Source of the DNA: the human T2T-CHM13v2.0 reference genome, Homo sapiens
DNA length: 64,000 bases
NCBI RefSeq assembly: GCF_009914755.1
Contig: NC_060934.1
Direction: 5' to 3' (one strand)
The position numbers and the translations under genes were made by a program. The notes below the pieces were generated by a model. It made no database searches. It was not told the origin of the DNA and was given only the letters and a program-made list of their open reading frames with translations. Positions 36,987 through 64,000 of the stretch are shown here, piece by piece (the stretch's first letter is position 1; each line of letters begins with the position of its first letter).

Positions 36987-37190
36987 TGAGTATTCCATTA
37001 TGTAAGTACTTCAATGTGCCCTAATATGCAAGTATTATGTCCTACCAGTTGTATTAAGGGATTAAAATACTTCTTCCTACTTATTAGTATTTAGTAAAGC
37101 ATAGCAAATTCTGTAAGATTGTCCATAGTCTTTGTGTATATTAAAATTTCATTATGTAATTTTGTTCAAAAAGTTAGACCTTTCCTGTAG

Positions 37191-37599
37191 TGGATTAGTC
37201 TGTTTTCTGTTGCTTGTAACAGAATACCTGAAACTGGGTAATTTATAAGGAAAAGGAAGTTATTTCTTACAGTTCTGGAGGCTGAGAAGTCCAAGGTCAA
37301 GGGGCAGGACCTTCTTGCTGGTGGGGATTCTCTGCAGGGTCCCAAGGCAGTACAGGGACTCACATGGCAAGGGGGCTGTACATGCTAATATGCCAACTCA
37401 GGTTTCTCTTTCTCTTATTATAAAGCTACCAGTTCCCCTTCCATGATAACCCATTAATCCATACATGGATTAAACCATTCATGAGGACAGAACTCCCGTG
37501 ATCCAATTACCCCTTAAAGGCTCCACCTCTCAACACTGCCAAATTAGGTACTAAATTTCAGCGTGAATTTTGGAGGGGACAAATATTCAAACCATATAA
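37191..37599 (-). mobile_element. Solo MST-type MaLR LTR
   Basis: attagtctgttttctgttgct...gaaactgggtaatttataa...aaaccata matches an MST LTR in reverse. Confidence 0.8.
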
Positions 37600-37767
37600 T
37601 AGTGCTTAAGGATATTCTTATTATTCAGGTCTATATATCTATATATATTTACATATATCCAAAAATATGGACACTTCCTTCTTGGCATAAATGTGTAAAT
37701 AGAATGGTTTTTTAAAATGTCGAAGTCTAAGAAAAAGACTTTAAAACTTTTTTGAAAAAAAAGTTGA

Positions 37768-43065
<5,298 letters not shown>

Positions 43066-43180
43066 TATTCCTTTGTTAAATAAATGAATTACAGACATTA
43101 TATAAATTAAAGGTTATTTTCCAGATATAGTAATATCCAAAGTCCAATGATTTAAAAGATTCCTTTGTTAAAAATAACAT

Positions 43181-48489
<5,309 letters not shown>

Positions 48490-48526
48490 AATTATTCTTA
48501 GTTTTTAAAAAACTTGTTGTATAGCT

Positions 48527-51744
<3,218 letters not shown>

Positions 51745-51996
51745 TAGCTATAGCTGTTTGCATCTGAAAAGACAGCAAGCAGTACCAGATAGTCCATAGT
51801 ACATGTAGGCAGAATAGTTCTGTGACCAGAATTTAATCTTCCTGTTCTGAGAAATGGTAGGTTATTGAGGCTTAGAATAGTCCACGAAGGTATTGCCAGG
51901 GCAAGGGGAGTTTGAGCCAAAACTCATGTAACTGTGTTGCCATAAGAACTGTTTATGTTTACATAATTAATATTTACTTCTTTTTTCCACTCCAAG

Positions 51997-52164
51997 ATTT
52001 GGTATAAGGGGAAAGAAGTTACATTTTTCATCTTCTTATGCTCATAAAGCATCTTCCATTGCCAAATCCTCCAGCTTTTGTTCTATGGAAAGAGATGAGG
52101 AAGACTCTATAATCGTCTCAGAAGGAATAATTGAGGAATACCTAGCATTCGATCACATAGATAT
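51997..52164 (+). CDS. FAM149B1: FAM149B1 exon 6, 168 nt; [10 protein letters not shown]...[15 protein letters not shown]
   Basis: ccaag acceptor after a pyrimidine tract, GTGAGT donor, phase 2/2. Confidence 0.94.
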
Positions 52165-52544
52165 GTGAGTATTATGCCTTTTAAGCTTTTTACTCCCCTC
52201 TTATTTTGTGTATTAATACCTATTTTTTCTAAATGATGCTACCAATGTATATTATTAAATATATGCCAGTTTCTGTTATTTATTTTATGTTATTTCTCAG
52301 GTATCCAGAATTTATGTTCTTATTGCCTCCATGTACTAGACTTCCTTGTGTATTTTATAACTTCACACATCATTTGCCTGTTCCTGAGATTAGAGATTTT
52401 AAAATAAGTTTATTTTTTCCCCACATAGTTTGATTTTACCCTTTTGCAAATTACCACCAGTGGGAACTTTGAAACCTTTTAAAAGAGCAGTTGAAGAGAT
52501 ATGGACTTTGTTTACATAAATTCTGTTTGAAAAATGTATATACA

Positions 52545-54221
<1,677 letters not shown>

Positions 54222-54228
54222 GTGGGTA

Positions 54229-54865
54229 TGAGAGAGAGGAAAAACCCAAATGTTTTTCCCTAAATGTTTTTTCCTACTCTCACATACCACAACATGTCTG
54301 ACACCAGTAGGTAGGGTTTTTTCCCCCACAACCCAAGCAATTCTGACACCACATCCTATAATTCAGTTCAGTTCTGACACAGTCTACCAGGAGATATTGT
54401 CAGATCCCACAAATTAAGGGCCCAGTCCCACAAGACTACCCCCAACTTCAGATGCTAGTTGCAAGCTCCAAGTTGTGACCTGTACTTCTGACCTACCAGA
54501 AGTCTACCAGAGAGACTAGGTCTCTCTGAACCTAGTCCTTTAGGATTTTTATGGAGGTTTCATTTTGTAGGCATGATTCAATTGTTGGCCATCGCTGATT
54601 AACTCGACCTTCAGCCCCTGTCTTCTCCCTAGAGGTTAAGGGGTGGGGCTGAAAAAGTGAAAAAGTTCCAACCTTCTAATTACATGGTTGGTTCCCCTGC
54701 CAACCACTATCTCCCTACCCAATCCTCAGACTATCCAAGAGCCCCTAACCACCGGTCATATCATTAGCATACAAAAAAAAACACCACTTTGGGTATTATA
54801 AGAGTTTTAGGAGCTATGTGCCTCAACCAGGGGCAGAGACCAAATATCTGTTTATTATCATCTCA
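54229..54865. mobile_element. MER21-like LTR
   Basis: Motif gtcagatcccacaa..ttaagggcccagtcccacaagact recalled from the MER21 group. Confidence 0.6.
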
Positions 54866-55140
54866 TGATATGATATGGAATGACCCATATATTTAGTCTC
54901 TGCCCCTGATTTCAGATCATAGTGGGTCTGACTTATGTTTGTATTTCCCACAAAAACTAACAGGTATTTAGTAAATATTTGAGAATGAGTAGATCGATAA
55001 AAAGGCCTAGTCTGTGATGATTAGACAGAGCTTGTACTTTCTCTTTGAATATAATGATTTATGAAGAAAAATCATGTGCAAGTAGCACTTTTTTAAACTG
55101 CTTTATTAAAGCATAATAGATATATAATAAACTGCACTAT

Positions 55141-60202
<5,062 letters not shown>

Positions 60203-60744
60203 AAACTACATATTTAAAGTGTGTTATAAGTTCTGACATATGTATACACCCATGAAACCATCACCACAATCAATATAGTGAACATAACCATCACCCCCAA
60301 AAGTTTATGCCTTTCATAATCCCTGCCTCCTGCCCTTGCCTATCTCTGCATCTCCAAAGTGATTATCACAAAAAGAGTGATCTGCTTTCTGCCACTGTAG
60401 ATTAGTTTGCATTTTGTAGAGTTTCATGTGAGTGGAATCGTATGCACTCTTTGTCTGGCTTCTTTCACTCAGGATAATGATTTTGAGATTCATCGCTGTC
60501 ATTATGTGTATCAATAATTTATTCCTTTTTATTGCTGAGTAGTATTCCATTGCATCACAATTTGTTTATCTGTTGATGGCCAGTTTGATTCTTTTCAGCT
60601 TTGAGCCATTACATGTAAAGGTGTTATGAGCACTATTGTACAAGAAATTGGAGGCATACATATTTTTTTCTGTTGGGTAAATTCTTCATAGTAGAATGGC
60701 TGGCTTATAGTTAGATACACATTTCACTTCTTAAGAATTGTTTA

Positions 60745-62490
60745 TGTAGGTTTTCTGTGCTGCTTAACAAACTGTCACAAACAGTGGCTTCAAACAACAT
60801 ACCTCACATATTTGTGAGTCTGAAGTCCAGGAACAGCTTAGCTAGTTCTCTGTTTAGGGTTTCACCTGGCTGCGTTTAAGGTGTTGGCCAGGGCTGGGCT
60901 CTCATGTGGAGACTCAACTAGAGAAGAAGCCATTTACACTTTTGTGTATTCTTAGAAGAATACAGTTCCTTATAGCTGTAGTATTTATGTCAGCTTTATT
61001 CTTCAAAGCCAGTAAGAAAGACTGAGAGCTAGTGGACTAACAAGACAAAAGCCTATATAATATAACGTGATCATGGGAATGACATCCCATTACCTTTACC
61101 ATTATCTATTGGTCTGAAGCAAGTCACAAGTCTTGCCCACACTCAGAGTGGGGGAATTACACATAGGCATGAACACCAAGAGGTAGGAATCATGCATGGG
61201 CCACCTTAGAGTCTGTCTACTACATGCCCCAATGATTCATGTTCTCCCACATGCAAAATACATTCACCTCACTCACGTGGTTTTCAAGAGTCCCATCCCA
61301 TTGTAGCATCAGCTCAAAGGTCCAGAATCTTATCATCTAAATCAGGTCCTGGTGTGGATGATGTTCCTAGATGTAATCTATTCAGTACAGGTTCTATACA
61401 CAATTTCTCTCCATCTGTAGATCTGTGAAACTAAAGAGACAAGTTGTCTGACCCCAACACACCCAACATACAAGAGTGGGACAGGCAAAGGATAATAGTT
61501 ATAGATAGCACAGTTAAAAGGAGTGGGGAATGGAAGGTTAAAAAAAGGGTTCATAGCAATTCTGAAATCCAGCTGGGTAAATATTGGGAGTTCCATGACT
61601 AAGTTTCGAGACCTGGGACTAATCCTCTGCAGTTCTTTGCTCCATTCTCTGGGTGCCTGGTTTCACCCTCTGAATCATCTTTCATTTTTTCATGAAAGGT
61701 AGCATGTGTTTGTAGCTAAGTAGTTCTATCAGGCTGCTTCTTGCCAGTAGAACTTTGGGGGTCTGACAACCTTCTTCCATTTTGTAGTGACTCTGTCCCT
61801 TTAGTCCAAATTGGCAGTTTTTCTGTTGAAATAATTTTCTTAAAAACTTTTTGGCTCTTCATGGTATCAGTGGGGTTTACCAAATTAGACAAAAGCCATA
61901 TCTGTATCTTTTCAGATAATTTCTTCTCTATCTTAGGGTCCTGCTTGAATGGCTGGCTGAGAGACAAAGCCCTTAAGTTTCATAAAGACTCTGTGGTTTG
62001 GTTAAGAGGATCTTTGAGATAAACCCTTAATCTCTTGAGAGAACCCTTTGTGTGAGTGAATACTCTAATCTTTTGATCTTTCTGAGATATTAGTAAAAGG
62101 TTGTCTACTCACACCTTTTTTTCTCTAGATCACTCTGTCCAATGTTAGCATCTTTCATCCTCTAGAGAGACCGAGAATTTTCAAAATCATCAAGTCCTGG
62201 TTACTTTTTGTTGAACAGTTTTCCCCTCAATTTATCTCTCTCATCTTACATTTTATTATAAGCAGCAAGAAAAAACTTAGGCCTCACTTTCAACACATGG
62301 ATTGGGTCATCACTTACAAGTTGTGCTTTCTACGAGACTACAGGAGACCATTTCACTAAGCTTTTTGCCACTAAATAACAAGTGTCTCCCTCCAGTGGCC
62401 AATAACATGTTCCAGGTCTAGATTTCTGCTCTCAGTCTGTTCAGGGCAATTTATGCATTTTTTATCATGCTTCTCAAAATTCTTCCAACC
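60745..62490 (-). mobile_element. MLT1-type LTR (~60745-61225) with adjoining internal sequence
   Basis: MLT1-like LTR followed by MaLR-internal-like sequence. Confidence 0.6.
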
Positions 62491-62494
62491 TGTA

Positions 62495-63935
62495 TCAATG
62501 AATAGTCAAAAAGGAAATTAAGAAATGAATTCATTTACAATAGTATCAAGAAGAATAAAATAAATAAATGTAACCAAGGAAGTACAAGACTTCCACACTG
62601 AAAACTATGTAATATTATAGAAAGAAATTAGAGGAGACCTAATGAAATGGAAAGACATCCCATGTTTACGGAGTTGAAGGCTTAATATTGTTAAGATGTT
62701 AACACTCCCCAAATAGATCTACAGTTTCAGTACAATCCCTATCAAAATTCCAGCTGCCTTTTTTTGTAGAAATGGGCAAGCTGATCCTGAAGTTCACATG
62801 GAAATGTGAGAGGCCTTGAATAGTCAAAACAATATTTCTAAAGAATAAAGTTAGAGGATTCACACTTCCTGATTTAAAAAGTTACTACAAAACTGCAGTA
62901 ATCAAAACTGGTTGTGTGAAACTGGCATAAGGACAGACAAATAGATCAATGGAATAGAATCAAAAGTTCAGAAATACACCCACACATATGTGGCCAATTA
63001 GTTTTCAAGGGTGCCAAGATCATTCAATGGGAGAAGAATAGTCTCTTTAACAGATGATACTGGAACAACTGTATATTCACCTGTAAAAGAATGAAGTTGG
63101 ATCCTGACTTCATACCATATACAAAAATCAACTCACAATGGATCAAGGACCTAAATTTGAGAGCCAAAATCATAAAACTCTCAGAAGAAAACAAAGGAGT
63201 AACTCTTCATGACCTTGGATTTGACATTACATTCTTTAGATATGACACCAAAAGCATGAGCAGCAAAAGAAAAAATAATTTGGACTTCATCAAAATGTAA
63301 AACTTTGTGCTATAAAAGACATTATCAAGGAAGCGAAAGACAACCTGTGAAATGGGAGAAAATATTTAGAAATCATATAACTGATAAGCATCTAGTATCC
63401 AGGGTAAAGAACTATAACTCAATAATAAAAGCTCAAACAACCCAATTTTAAAATGGGCAAATAATTTGGATAGATATTTCTCCAAAGAAGATACACCAAT
63501 GGTCAATAAGCACATGAAAGACGCTGTACATCGTTAGTCATTAGGGAAGTGCAAATAAAAACCACAACGAGATACCACCTCATGCCCACTAGGATGGCTA
63601 TGTGTATATATATTTTTAATTACATTTTATTTCTTAAAAGAAAAATAACAAGTGTTAGTAAAGATACAGAGAAATTGGAACCCTCATACATGGCAGTGGA
63701 AATATAAAATGCTGCAGCTATTGTGGAAACAATTTGGCAGCTCCTCAGAATGTTAAACACAAAATTGTCAAAAGACCAAGAAAATTCCACTCCTAGGTAT
63801 ATAAAAAAGAGAACTGAAAACATATATCCATACAAAAACTTGAACATGAATGCTCATAGCAGCATTATTCATAATAGCTGGAAACAACCCAAATGTCCAT
63901 CAGCTGATGAATGAACAAAATTGGGTTTATCCATG
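62495..63935 (+). mobile_element. L1M ORF2 3' fragment; an MLT1-like LTR begins at ~63936
   Basis: Peptides MKLDPDFIPYTKINSQWIKDLN and WKQPKCPS. Confidence 0.85.
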
Positions 63936-64000
63936 TGTTGTGGGATGAATTGTTTCCCCCCTAAAATTCATATGTTGAAACCCTAACCCCCAAAGTGACT

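Overview
Human (primate) genomic DNA, very Alu/L1-rich. It holds the 5' ends of two head-to-head protein-coding genes sharing one CpG-island promoter at ~11.3-11.9 kb. ECD (ecdysoneless, - strand) contributes a non-coding first exon, two coding exons and the start of a third. FAM149B1 (+ strand) contributes seven coding exons whose GT-AG junctions and phases join into one open frame of 898 nt. FAM149B1 introns hold a processed EIF4A2 pseudogene, a Y3 RNA retrocopy, a complete MST (MaLR) provirus, DNA transposons and about 60 Alus. I found no new gene system. The best lead is the EIF4A2 retrocopy. It was copied from a transcript lacking exactly EIF4A2 exon 4 and using the +3 NAGNAG acceptor. 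An Alu target-site duplication (TSD) spans the skipped junction, so the junction predates that Alu. Gene identities, parent-gene exon boundaries and repeat subfamily names come from recall, not from a search. Repeat coordinates are approximate unless a TSD is given.
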